From Schmidtea polychroa (lineage: Eukaryota): a stretch of DNA of 64,000 nt. This document shows positions 13,980 to 26,224 of this stretch, piece after piece. The stretch covers positions 33,172,001-33,236,000 of the forward strand of contig CM097885.1 in assembly GCA_044892525.1 (NCBI GenBank), in the 5' to 3' direction. The position numbers and the translations under genes were made by a program. Positions within the stretch are counted from its first letter, which is position 1; each line of letters starts with the position of its first letter. The notes beneath the pieces are model-generated. The model did no database searches. It was not told the DNA's origin and saw only the letters and a program-made list of their open reading frames with translations.

Positions 13980-15752
13980 GGATGTTTTCTTACTAGCTTA
14001 CTATTTTCAACAATTCCGTTTAAAATCTATTGCACAAAATCGACTTGAACCTATTAATTTCTTGTGCATTCCAGGCATGAGCTGGAGTTCCGCTTTAATT
14101 ACTTCGAAATCTCCTATCGAGCTGTTACAAGATATGTATCATTTTTTCGAAGGGGGTATTCGTGGTGGATTAACATTTGTTAACAAACACCATGTAATAT
14201 CCTCCGACAATAGAGAACTTCTTTACATTGATATAAATAATTTGTATGGGTGGGCCTTAAGCCGAAAACTCCCATATAATAATTTTAAATGGGTAACCAA
14301 TAGAGAAGAGTTAAATAAAATAATTTATTTTTGTGAATCTGCAGATTTGGAAGTACTTCCATTTGGATTTACCTTGGAGGTTGATTTTGAAATTCTTGAT
14401 TCCATTCACGACAAATTGGATGATTTTCCAGTTGCCGCTGAAAAGATGTGGCCATCTGGCTCTAAAGTTGAGAAGTTGATGCTTACACATCATCCCAAGA
14501 AGAACTATGTTCTTCATTGGAGACCTCAAGCTTTTTGTTTCTCTCGGTGTAAAATTAATTCATGTACGTAGAGCAATTAAATTCACAAACAATAATATTT
14601 TTAAAGATTATATTGGTACCAATACCCTACTTAGAGCGGAATCGAGTAATGCCTTGGATAAAAATTATTATAAGTTATTAAATAATAGTCTTTACGGCAA
14701 GACCGTAGAGAATCTGAAAAAAACTTCTGAATTTGTGGCTATGTAATTAGGCTTCTAGGCTAATTACATATACATCTAAACCAATGTTTAAAAGGACTTA
14801 TGAAATTGACAATGACCTAGTATCAGTGTTGCTAAATAATGAAGCTATTTGTTTAGATAGATCCAGCTACATTGGCCAAACTGTACTTGATCTATAGAAA
14901 CTGAGAATGTATCAGCTGCAGTATGAAGAGTTACAAAAATATCGTAACGAATTCAACTGCGAAATTAATATCGTTGCTGGAGACACTGATTTCTTCTTGG
15001 AAACTAAAAATCTTTCTCTCGACATTCTTTTACCTGCGATGATTAGGGATAATCTTCTAGACACTTCAAATTATGACCCAAATCATCCCTTATACAGTAA
15101 GAACCTTGGAAAGTTCAAAGACGAGAATAAAGGTCTTAAATATAAGGAGTGGGTTTTTCTTAGACCTAAATGTTGTAGTTTGTTATTCGAGGATGAGACC
15201 TTTGTTATAATATTATACTATAATAATTATAATACTAACCAAATTATTTCTGTACCGCAAACAAAATAACATCAAAAAGTCACTAGCTATTCACCATAAA
15301 AAATGAAAAAAACTGCACTTACCAACGCAGATGATAAAAGGGTTTGGATGGGGAAAAATAATTTTTTCATATTCATCGGCCGTGACTCCTTCCCAAATTG
15401 GTGGTAAGTCATACCTATCTGTTAAAACATTTAAGGAAGTTGCAAAATTATATGAGAATATCCCCTTTGAATTAACAATAGTCCCAATAAATTCAGCTGA
15501 TGTTAAAGGCAGAGATGTCAGGGTTTTTACTGCGTCATTTAAACTGAAACTAACAAATTGACAAGGATCGATAAATGTAATGCTTTAACTATCAACTCAG
15601 AAAATCAAAATTCACTAAAATCAAGATTTTCTACAAATATTTCACCCCATCAAATACCTACCAACGCAGATGATAAAAGGGTTTGGGTGGGGAAAAATAA
15701 AAGTTATGCATATAGGCATTATATGGGAAGTGACTCATTTGCTGTTCAATAA
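13976..15752 (+). pseudogene. Decayed Polinton protein-primed PolB, C-terminal two thirds (third family)
   Basis: LDVFLLA, IRGG, YIDINNLYG, YKLLNNSLYGKT, AGDTD, LRPK, NADDKR motifs across several frameshifted ORFs; homologous to but diverged from the outer element's pPolB. Confidence 0.85.
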
Positions 15753-16127
15753 TTTGATTCGGATCCATTATTCTCGCAATTCAAAGAAACAGCTGAAGAT
15801 ATACCGGATGTTATTTAAATAAATCTTTGTTACAAAATTTGTTTTTATTGATTTTCTTTTTGAATTAAAAAAAAAGTATAATAAGTTTGACTAATATATT
15901 TTTATATTTTGAACATTTTTGTCTCAGTTTGCGCAAATTAGTAAAAAAAAGTAATAAGAATTACAGATAAGAATTAATAATTTAAATTTCAACTAAAATA
16001 AATTAAATGAAATAATAAAATTAAGAAATAAAATTATAATAATTAATTAATTAAATAAAAATAATGAAATAAAAGGAAAAATTAATGAAAATATTTGTTA
16101 AATTCTGATTAATTATTGAGTAATAAA

Positions 16128-16172
16128 GGGGGGGGGTACCAAATTGCGGCCGTAAGCTCATATATACCAACT
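16128..16172. repeat. Possible surviving right terminus of the third Polinton
   Basis: G-run, then GCGGCCG, ending ...CCAACT (AGT- on the minus strand); layout resembles the outer element's right end; no partner terminus found. Confidence 0.3.
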
Positions 16173-16836
16173 TACACCTCATTTGGTGCAATAATCCATG
16201 CTTTTTTGTGTATTTCTATTTTTATATAGTACTATTTTTGATGGGATTCTCATTTTTACTAACCGATGAAATGGTATTATATTTTGAATAAAAATAAAAA
16301 TTTATTCTTACATGTGCAATTTACACACACAAAGTAATTAATAACAAATATAATTATAATTGTATCAATATAATAATTATAAATTTAAAAATTCAAACAA
16401 TTTACTTTAAATTGTTTTAATGGGCTCAATTCAATAAACTAATTTCATGTTCTAGTTAAATTTTATAACAAAACCATAAACATTTTATCAAATATTAATA
16501 AATAATTCAGGTAATTTTACAGATTTTACAATTGTTTGGGTCTAATTTTGTTTCATCAAATAATTTATCAATTCATGACATTTAACCAACATTTACTGGT
16601 CAAATGTCAGTCGCAAAAAAAGTGCTTTTGGCAATTATTTAATTTTTGTGAAATTAATTGGTTTTTTTTCCTATCAAACGTTTTTGCGACCGATAGAATT
16701 TAGGATATTTTAAATATTTTTAAAGTAATTATGATGCAAAAAATGTAATAAGCGTAAATAAATTTGTTATTGAAAAGTTATTTGAAAAAGATTTTATCGA
16801 GTTAGTTGTTTTTTCGAATTACTAAAAAATCATTTT

Positions 16837-16840
<4 letters not shown>

Positions 16841-16910
<70 letters not shown>

Positions 16911-16926
16911 TTAATAATAATAATAA
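16841..16926. repeat. (AAT)n microsatellite
   Basis: Read directly. Confidence 0.95.
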
Positions 16927-16989
16927 CTGATTTAACATTTATTAAATTTAGAAAAATCGTTATTTAAATGAATAGTCTAATTACAGCGA

Positions 16990-17450
16990 CATTAATAATT
17001 CAATATCATAGCAATGACTTGAGTGCTTATTGCAATTCTTTTCGGAGGAATCACACGTTTGTAACACAACTCAAAATTGACAACAACTCAACTATTGTTT
17101 CTAGTTTTTTTAATAGAATCGGTCTAGTGCTTCCATAGTTTTAACTTGAAATTACTTCAAACTCTCGACGATTAACTTTAATTTGTTTTAGATTGCTTTT
17201 TCGATCCGACAATGCTTTCTCCGTTAATTTATCCTTCACTTTTGTTGAAATCCGGTTTTTCGTCTGTCTTCTTTTAAAATTGTGTTTTCCCGTTTCTTTT
17301 TAACTTGTGTTTCCTTTTTTCTTTACAAATTCTTGTTTCCTTCCATATTCTGAAATCTTAAGCACTTACTGATATTGATCCCTATTATTTCTCTCATACA
17401 GGCTATCGAGATATGTAAATTTAATTTCGAATTTGTTTTTGTTTTTCCTT
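16990..17450 (-). pseudogene. Degenerate LTR-retrotransposon gag/protease-like relic interrupted by the outer Polinton (continues at 45802-46130)
   Basis: Lys-rich decayed frame with IKVNRREFEVI..YGSTR, weakly like an aspartic protease; a possible PBS/LTR boundary near 46080-46117. Confidence 0.3.
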
Positions 17451-17594
17451 AGTAGAGGGATAGCGGCCCACTAAACCAGCGGCCCTCTGGGACAAAGACA
17501 TACCCCCCCACCACCCCCGCCATTTAAAATTTTTTTTCAAAGTCAAATTTTAAACAAAGACATATTACTCACCAAGGTCATTGAAACAAAGACC

Positions 17595-17708
17595 ATGACT
17601 CATCCAATGACTCATTCAAGGACATATGACTCATCCGATGACTCATTCAAGGTCATATGACTCATCCGATGACTCATTCAAGGTCATATGACTCATCCGA
17701 TGAGTCAT
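17595..17708. promoter_or_regulatory. 31-bp tandem repeat array with 8 AP-1-type sites (TGA(C/G)TCA) and TCAAGGTCA nuclear-receptor-type sites
   Basis: Unit ATGACTCATCCGATGACTCATTCAAGGTCAT; regulatory function is inferred. Confidence 0.6.
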
Positions 17709-17894
17709 TCTAAATTTTTTTAAATTTAAATTCTCAGAGTTCCCGCCAATGGTTTTTATTATTTAATAGCTCATTCGAAAGGTATTTGAATGGTGAGTAT
17801 TTGAAACCATCGAAGGTCTATGGAGGTTCAATAACCTTCAAAGAGTTCAATGGTATTGGTTACACTCAACATCTCATAATGGTATTATTATTAA

Positions 17895-17943
<49 letters not shown>

Positions 17944-18445
17944 ATCATTATTATTATCATTATTATTATTATTTAAAAATGTATAAAATTGAAACTATCA
18001 CAAGTTTTCAAAATACCAATAAAAATGAAAATGACCATATTAAAAGTAGTTATCATTACTAATAATAAAAATGTTTAAACTTGAAAATTATCACATGTTT
18101 TCAATATAACAATAAAAATGCAAATATTAAAAGATGTTATTATTACGATTATTAAAAATGATTAAACTTGAAAACTATCACAAGTTTTTAATACACCAAT
18201 AAAAATGAACACATGAAGTCTAGTTTTTTTTTTTTTAAAAAAGATATATTTTTAATAATATTCATCATTATCATTATCAGTTAATAATATATCATCAATA
18301 TCAACATCTATATCGATACTATCATCGAAATCTGAGTTGAAATCTCCACAAAGCGGTCGAACATCATCCAATATTTGATCCTTATCATCGAAATCTTGGC
18401 TGAAATCTCCACATAGCTGGTTACAATCAACATATCGCAAGTTTA

Positions 18446-18576
<131 letters not shown>

Positions 18577-18767
18577 TTTATTAAAAAATGTTTAAACTTG
18601 AAAACTATCACATGTTTTCAAAATAATAATAAAAATACACATATTAAAAGATGTTATTATTACAATTATTAAAAATGATTAAATTTGAAAACTATCCGAA
18701 GTTTTTAATACATCAATAAAAAATAAAAAAGAACACATTAAAAGTCTAGTTTTTAAAGAAGATATAT

Positions 18768-20145
18768 TTAATAATAGTCGTCATCATCATCATCAGTTAA
18801 TATTATATCGTCTATATCAACATCTATATCGATACTATCATCGAAATCTGGGCTGAAACCTCCACAAAGCGGTCCAACTTCCTTTAATATTTGATGACTT
18901 TCATCGAAATCTGGACTGAAACCTACAGAGAGCGGTCCAACTTCATCCAATACTTGATCACTATCTACAGCATCAACCCCAAAATAATGCCCAAATGCGA
19001 TACTATTATTTTTCCCCACCCATAATCGCTTGTCATCGTTATTTGTCAATGCGATTTTACTATTTTTGATGGTATATAGCTGGTGGTTCCGCGTCCCTAT
19101 CCTAGTTTGCGGCACTGCAAATTCTACGTTGTTATTGTAGCAGTTTAAATATGACTGGTGCCCAATCTCTGTCCCCATTAATTTCACCCCTTTAGCCCTC
19201 ATAGTATCTTTGACACCTAATAAACTATAGCACTTAGGTCTTAAGAAAACCCATTCCTTATACCCGAGACCTTTGCTTTCATCTTTAAATTTTTCCTATC
19301 ACAGAATCAAGGTTTCTCGAGTATAAGGGGTGTGCGGGATCATAATTAGAGGTATCTAGAAGATTATCTCTTATCATTGCCGGCAAAAGAGTGTCTAGCT
19401 TACAGTGCTTAACCTCAAGAAAAAACGAATCAGTATCGCCGGCAACGATATTTATATCACATAAGAATTCGGATCTATATTTTGCCAATTCATTATATTG
19501 CAGTTGATACATGCGTAGTTTAGACAGGTCTAGCACTGATTGGCCTATGTAGCTAGGCCTGTCTAAACATATAATATCTTTATTAAGATGAACCGCAATC
19601 AGATCATCCGCTATTTTAATTGATTTTTTGAAAGTTGGTTTGGAGGCGTATACAATCATCTTTGCTGATGAATTGCATAGCCTCAAATTCATACGTTTTT
19701 TCAAATTCTCTACTGACTTACCATAGAGACTATTATTGAATAATTTATATAGATCTCAATGCAGTTCACATGTTGATTTTGAACGTAAATTAGTATTTCG
19801 ATCTATATATGTTTTGAAAATTGTTGATTGTTTAAATTTAATTGCTCTATGTACATGCTCAACTTCCGCACCTAATTCTATATACAGCTTGAGAAGCCGC
19901 CAATGAAGAACATGGTTCTTCTTAGGCCAATGCGTGAGCATAAGCTTCTCAACCTTTGAATTAGGTGGACACATTTTTTCCGGAGCAAGCGGAAAATCAT
20001 TCAAATATTCATGCACACGATTAGGGATATTGATGTCTACTTCCATAGTATAACTATATGGAAGGTTTTCAATATCTGCATTCACGCATTCACTCAACAC
20101 ATCATTCAGATTTTCATACACCCAAACAAAGTCACCATACGGAAG
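18768..20145 (-). pseudogene. Left-arm pPolB copy, C-terminal part
   Basis: Near-identical to 42560-43840; has YKLFNNSLYGK, AGDTDS, NDDKR; extra frameshift near 19290; keeps the acidic tail. Confidence 0.9.
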
Positions 20146-20476
20146 AGTAGTGAGGAATCTATGCACCCCAGCACCCCCACCCTCAAAAAAAAACAGCGCT
20201 ATTGACCCATATTTTCCACATTTATATGCTTTTTTACCCCATATTCTTCACTTTTTTTAACTTTTAAACTTTGTCCCCTATTGCCATTAACCCTTAATTT
20301 CTTCCCTTAAAAGTAAAAAAGTTCGGAATAGATGTATTTATAGATTAGTAATTCCGAGAAAAGGTAACGGGGTGCATAGATTCCTCACTACTTGGTCTTA
20401 AGGATTTAATGTTAAAAGGATTTAATGTTATAAGAATATCAGATTACCTAATTCATAATGATCTAGGTCGTCTGAT
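20146..20476 (+). repeat. Left TIR of the inner Polinton
   Basis: Reverse complement of 34857-35167, plus one extra 16-bp duplication near 20400. Confidence 0.9.
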
Positions 20477-20552
20477 CACTTTTAGATTTAAAAAAAATAA
20501 AAATTAATATCAAAACCAAAACATCGTATCCAACCAAAAAATTCTTTTAAAA

Positions 20553-23500
20553 ATGGAAGCTATTTTCAATTGTGAAATTTGTGAAAAAAATTATAAAAAT
20601 AAAACTGCTTTAACATCTCATAAAAAATCAAAAGACCATTTAATAAAAGCTAACACACTAGATGACACTAATTCCAAAATCTGTTCTAAATGTAAGGATA
20701 GATATTTATTTTCAGGTTATAAGAAGCATTTTAAAAATTGTATTGGAGTTCCTAAAAACAGAGAAATATTCGAATGTTCAGCATGTGGAAAAAAGATGAA
20801 AATAAAATCTTTTTACTTAAGACACATAGAAGATTGTGGTCTTGAAGCAAAAGATTCTGATTCAAACTCAATGACTGAAAAAGCTGAAAAACTAGAGTTT
20901 AATTGGGACAACTTCAATCACACCGATGTAATTGTAGAAGTAAAACGAGGACCCAGATCAATCATGCAATATATAAGAGAAAATAAAAAAAAAATAATAT
21001 CATCAATGGATGATGCTATAAAAAAATTTGGTAGATCAAGATTTAATGTTATAAAAGTTAAATTTACAGGAAATGCAAAATACTGGAGAGGAGATGATTC
21101 AATCGCAATGCCTCTAGATGTAAAAATTGAAACCTCATATAAATATTTATTTTCTACAAAAGCAGGAAATAAACTTGTTAATGATATAGCTAAAGAATTG
21201 GAAGAAAAACAAGAACAGGTGGAACAAGAACTAGGAGAATCTAATTTAAGATTCCACTCTTTTCAAAATATAGAGAGTGAATACTGGAGAGGCGCACCAT
21301 CAAATCCTAAATCTTTTATTCACACACCATTCACCTCCAACCATGTTATAAATGTACAGAATAAAGATAATAAATGTTTTCAATGGTCAATACTTGCACA
21401 CTTACATCCTCAAGCAACTAACCCACAGAGAGTTCAAAAATATGAAGAATATGAATCTGAATTAATTTATCCAAAAGATTTTTCCCACCCAATGAAAATT
21501 GAAGATGTTCCAGCATTTGAAAAATTAAATAATCTTAAAATTAATATTTATCAATTCATTCCAACCAAAATTACAAAAACTAGAAAAAATAAAAATTATA
21601 AACACATTATTCCTATTTACATTTCTAACATGGAAATCTCAGATGAAAAGAGAGAAGTAGATCTTTTAATATTAGAAGAAGGTAAACCAGATGAAGACTT
21701 TGATGGAGAAGAATATGGTGAAGAGGTTCAAAGCGTTCACCCGAGGAGAGAAGCAGAAGAAGGCATTTCATTAGAACCAGAAGCAGAAAGCACTGCGTCC
21801 GGAGGCACTATGTTAGATAAAAAACTTCATTATATCTTAATAAAGAATTTTCAAAGTTTTATGAAAGGAAACACACTCTTTCGTGGAGGCATATGTTGTA
21901 AAAGATGTTTATATCATTCAAGTTCAAAACTTGCTGCTATTAAACATGAGAGACTCTGTTGTAAGAATCAACCTGCTTTAATAAAAATGCCACACAAGAA
22001 AAATGCTAATATGAGGTTTAAAAACTATTCCAATCTATTAGAAGCATTGGGGGTGGTTTATTGTGATTTTGAAGCTATAAATGTAAAACTAAGACGAACA
22101 AAAACTAATACTGTAAAACTAACAAAACAATTACCCTCTGCTTATAAAATGTTTTTTAAAAGTAATTATCCAGAACTTGTAGAATCTAGAGAATATTCAT
22201 TTAGAGGAACTTCTGACAAAGAGACTCTAGATCATTTTGTTAAAACTTTAAATAATCTAGAACATGAATTATATATAATATTAAAATCCAACTTTCCTAT
22301 GAATTTTTCAGAAGAACAAGAGGAAGAATATAAAAATGCAACACACTGCTGGATGTGTAAACAAGAGTTTGATATTCAGGAGGAGGAGGATGAGGAGCCA
22401 AAGGTTGCAGACCATGATCATTTTAAAAGAGAAAATAATTACAGAGGAGCAGCCCATAAAAAATGTAATCTCAATTGTAAAAAACCAACACACATACCAT
22501 TTATATTTCACAATCTTTTTGGCTATGATATTCACCTATTCATTAAGCATCTGGCCGCAAATGCTAAAAACTCTTTCAAGGTTATTGGACTTACAAAAGA
22601 AAAATATAAAAGCATTCAATATGGATGCTTTAAGTTTTTGGACTCGTTAAATTTCTTAGGGATGTCTTTGGATGGGATTGCTAAAACTATGAACCCTGAG
22701 GATTTTAAATATACAAAAGAACATGTGTTATTAAAAAACAATATTCCATTAGAGGAATATAATACCTGTCTAGCAAAAGGAATCTATCCATATGATTATA
22801 TAGACTCCTTTGAAAAATATAATGAATTACTCCCACCCCAAGAAGATTTCTTTTCTGTTTTAACACAATCAGGGATTTCTGATCAGGAATATTCCCGTGC
22901 AGTTAAAATGTGGAATCTATTCAACTGTAGAAACCTTGGAGAATATACTGACATGTATCTTTCCTTGGATGTTTATATCTTAGCTGATTGCTTCGAGACA
23001 TTTTCAAAAGCTTTTGAATTAAAACCTTATAATTATATAACCGCTCCCTCTCTAGCTTGGGATATATTATTATATACCATATGGACTGATGAAGATGTAG
23101 CAGTAAGAAATAAAACTATTGAATTATTAGTTGAGCTTGATATGTTTAATGTATATAAACATAATATTAGAGGAGGTATTTCTTCAGTACAAGGGAATAG
23201 AGAAATAAATGCTAATAATTTTACAACTCTTTATCCTAAATTTTTCAAAGATCCTAATGCTCTATATGTAGAAATAACAAACCCAGAAGATCGTAAGGAA
23301 ATAATGGAAGGTCTTTCTAATCCTTCTGAAATAATGTATATAGATGCAACAGCTTTATATGCGGGAGTAATGACTCAATACCTTCCAATTGGCAAGTTCA
23401 CCTGGAAAGAACCCACTGAGGAATTAATACAAGAAATTCTAAAAACACCAAAAGATTCTCAATTTGGATATGTTGTAGAATGTGATCTTGAATATCCCAA

Positions 23501-24946
23501 TGAAATAAAATCCAGAACTAGATATTTTCCATTTGCTCCTGTAAGAAGAAAGATCTCTCCTGAAGAACTATCAGATTGGCAGATTGCTCAGAATAGAACA
23601 CCATGTATAAAACTTTTATGTGATCAAACAGATAAAACTGATTATCTTTGTCATTATAGACTCCTCCAGTTTTATCTCTCACATGGAATGGTTTTAAAAA
23701 AAGTACATTCTATAATTAAATTCCGACAAGCTCCTTTTATGAAAAAATTCATCGAGGGAAATATCTTAAAAAGAAATGCAGCAAAGAGAGCTGGAAATGC
23801 TTTTCTTGATATGATTTATAAACTTTTAAACAATGCAGTCTTTGGAAAGACAATGGAGAATATTGATAAATATACTCGTGTAGAGCTCTTAACCAATACA
23901 ACAAAAGATCTTAATAAATATAATCGAATAATTGGAAAGCCTACATTTAAAAATGCAGAGATATTCTCTAGTAACCTTATAGCTATAGAGATTAAAAACT
24001 CTGTAAAAACTTATAATAAACCAATCTTTATAGGTTTTTCAATTTTAGAACTTTCAAAGCTTCAAATGTATGAGACATACTATGATGTTCTAGTACCCCA
24101 TTTTGGAGATCGAATATCCATGCATGCTATGGACACTGATAGTATGTTTCTAAAAGGTCATAGTAAAGATTTAAAAAAGGAAATAAGTGAAAACGAAACC
24201 TTAAATAAATTAATAAACAACTCTGGAGAATTATTTACTTTTAAAGATGAAAAACCAAATACTCCAATAAGTGGAGGAGTGTTTATTAGACCTAAACAAT
24301 ATTCTCTTGAAATGAAAGACAAACCAATTATGAAAGAGCATACAATAAAATTTATAATAGGGGAGGGAGAAGGATCTGTTGAAATAGATCACACATTTGA
24401 ATATCCTTCATTCCCTGAAAACCCGAAAAGCTATAAAGAAAATAAAAGTAAAGGAATTCAAAAATCAGTGTCAAAAACCTTCACACATCAAGAGTATAAA
24501 GATTCATTAAATATAAATTATAAAAATAAAATTGCTAAAACCCATCATCTTAAATCAGAGAAACATAATATATATCTTGAAGAGGTAACAAGATTGCTAT
24601 AACAAATTATGATGATAAAAGATTTATACTTTCTGACTTGAAGACAACATTACCTATTGGAAATGATTTAATCCCTATAATAAAAAATCTTGATAAAATA
24701 AATGAAATTTATAACCTAGAGATTACAGACCTTCAACTTGCTAAAGTAGAAATCCAATATCCTGAAATATTAATTCCTAAACCTTTATATAATCAAGTTC
24801 AAAATATAAAACCTATAGAACTTAAATATTTTAATACTGATCCTGAATATATCCAAGGACTAACACCAGAAGACTTTAAATCACATAAATTAATGTTAAA
24901 AAGCATTACTGCAGAAATAATTATAAATCAATTACGACTGGTCTAA
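20553..24946 (+). CDS. polB: Protein-primed family B DNA polymerase (pPolB) with N-terminal Zn fingers; one frameshift near 24587
   Basis: N-terminal CxxC..H Zn fingers; NKDNKCF...HY (vOTU-like); ExoI YCDFEA; EndoVII-like CWMC..DHDH..YRGAAH..CN; ExoII FHNLFGYD; Pol motifs YIDATALY, KLLNNAVFGK, MDTDS; a one-base shift restores KIAITNYDDKRF and joins ORF 24638-24946. Confidence 0.93.
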
Positions 24947-24970
24947 GAATTAGAATTTTAACACTATAAA

Positions 24971-25525
24971 ATGATGGAAACTAAAAATCAAGAAAATAAC
25001 ATTTTTGAAATTATAAAAAATATTACTAATTTAAAGGATAACAGATGTAAAGGAATACAGAGAGTGGTTGCAAAGAATCTTTCTCATCAAGATTATATAG
25101 ATACATTGAATCCAAATCATAAAGATAAAATTGATGAAATACATCAACTTAAAAGTGAAAACCATGATATTCACTTGATAGAATCTCAAAAAATATCATT
25201 ATCAAATTATGATGATAAGAGATTCATACTAAGTGATTTAAAGACAACTCTACCTATTGGAAATAATTTAATCCCTATAATAAAAAATCTAGAAAAGTTG
25301 AATAAGTTATATGATACAAAGATTACTGATCTTGATATTTATAATGTTGAAATTATTTATCCCGAGAGAGAAATCGAGAAACCTTTATATTCTCAAGTTT
25401 TTAATCCTATATGTTTAGAACTTAAATATTTTAATACTGATCCTGAATATATAAAAGGTCTAAGTGATAAAGAATTTAAAGATCATAAATTAATGATTCA
25501 TAGGTTGGCTTTCAACCATAACTGA
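24971..25525 (+). CDS. Stand-alone paralogue of the pPolB C-terminal (thumb) region, 184 aa
   Basis: KGIQRVVAKNLSHQDY...NYDDKRFILSDLKTTLPIGN...ELKYFNTDPEYI aligns with the end of the upstream pPolB; own ATG, open frame. Confidence 0.8.
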   Translation: MMETKNQENNIFEIIKNITNLKDNRCKGIQRVVAKNLSHQDYIDTLNPNHKDKIDEIHQLKSENHDIHLIESQKISLSNYDDKRFILSDLKTTLPIGNNLIPIIKNLEKLNKLYDTKITDLDIYNVEIIYPEREIEKPLYSQVFNPICLELKYFNTDPEYIKGLSDKEFKDHKLMIHRLAFNHN

Positions 25526-25619
25526 AACCAACGATATTTAATTTTTTAATAATAAAATGTCGACAATTAATTTAAGCAGCTATAGCAACCTGATCTACTT
25601 TTTTAAAAATACACCCATT

Positions 25620-26216
25620 TTATAAGTAAGAATTCTTTAACCATTTTTCTCGAGATGTTTTTTTATTACTTATAACATTAGCCACCATGCCCTCCCTTTT
25701 TAATCTTATAACCTCATTCTTTATATCTTGTATTATTTGATTTGATTTCATTATTTCTTCGTCTGTCAGGATTCCATCTTCCAAAGCTTTTAATTGAAAT
25801 AAAAATAATTTAGAGATTCCTAATTCTATTGATAAACAAACTTCTCTATATAAACTTTTCTTTTTAGAAGTATAAGATAATGAAACTATTTCAGTTAAGA
25901 AACCATCAGCCACAGAAATACTTCCAAGTATTACAGGTGCAAGAGTAACAACTGGTAAAGTTATGGGTAAAATAACTGTTAATATTGCAGATGCAAATCC
26001 TAAAGAATAACCTATAACTTTTAAAACTGTATTCCCTTTATTCCATCTATTTTTAATTTTTTTATAATGCTTTAATAAATCTTGTAAATGTAAGGTTTCT
26101 GATTTAAATTCATTTACTCTCATAATTTCAAGTTCTGTGGGAGCCGAGGCCTTGGAAGAATAATATCCTGATGATCTCAATTCTGGGTAAATTTTTTCTT
26201 CTCTTACTTCTTCCAT
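25620..26216 (-). CDS. Polinton membrane-associated protein (hydrophobic hairpin; resembles the adintovirus GasderminX class)
   Basis: Central hydrophobic segment VIGYSLGFASAILTVILPITLPVVTLAPVILG and motif KALEDGILTDEEI; family assignment from recall only. Confidence 0.55.
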   Translation of the reverse strand: MEEVREEKIYPELRSSGYYSSKASAPTELEIMRVNEFKSETLHLQDLLKHYKKIKNRWNKGNTVLKVIGYSLGFASAILTVILPITLPVVTLAPVILGSISVADGFLTEIVSLSYTSKKKSLYREVCLSIELGISKLFLFQLKALEDGILTDEEIMKSNQIIQDIKNEVIRLKREGMVANVISNKKTSREKWLKNSYL

Positions 26217-26224
26217 TTTAATAA

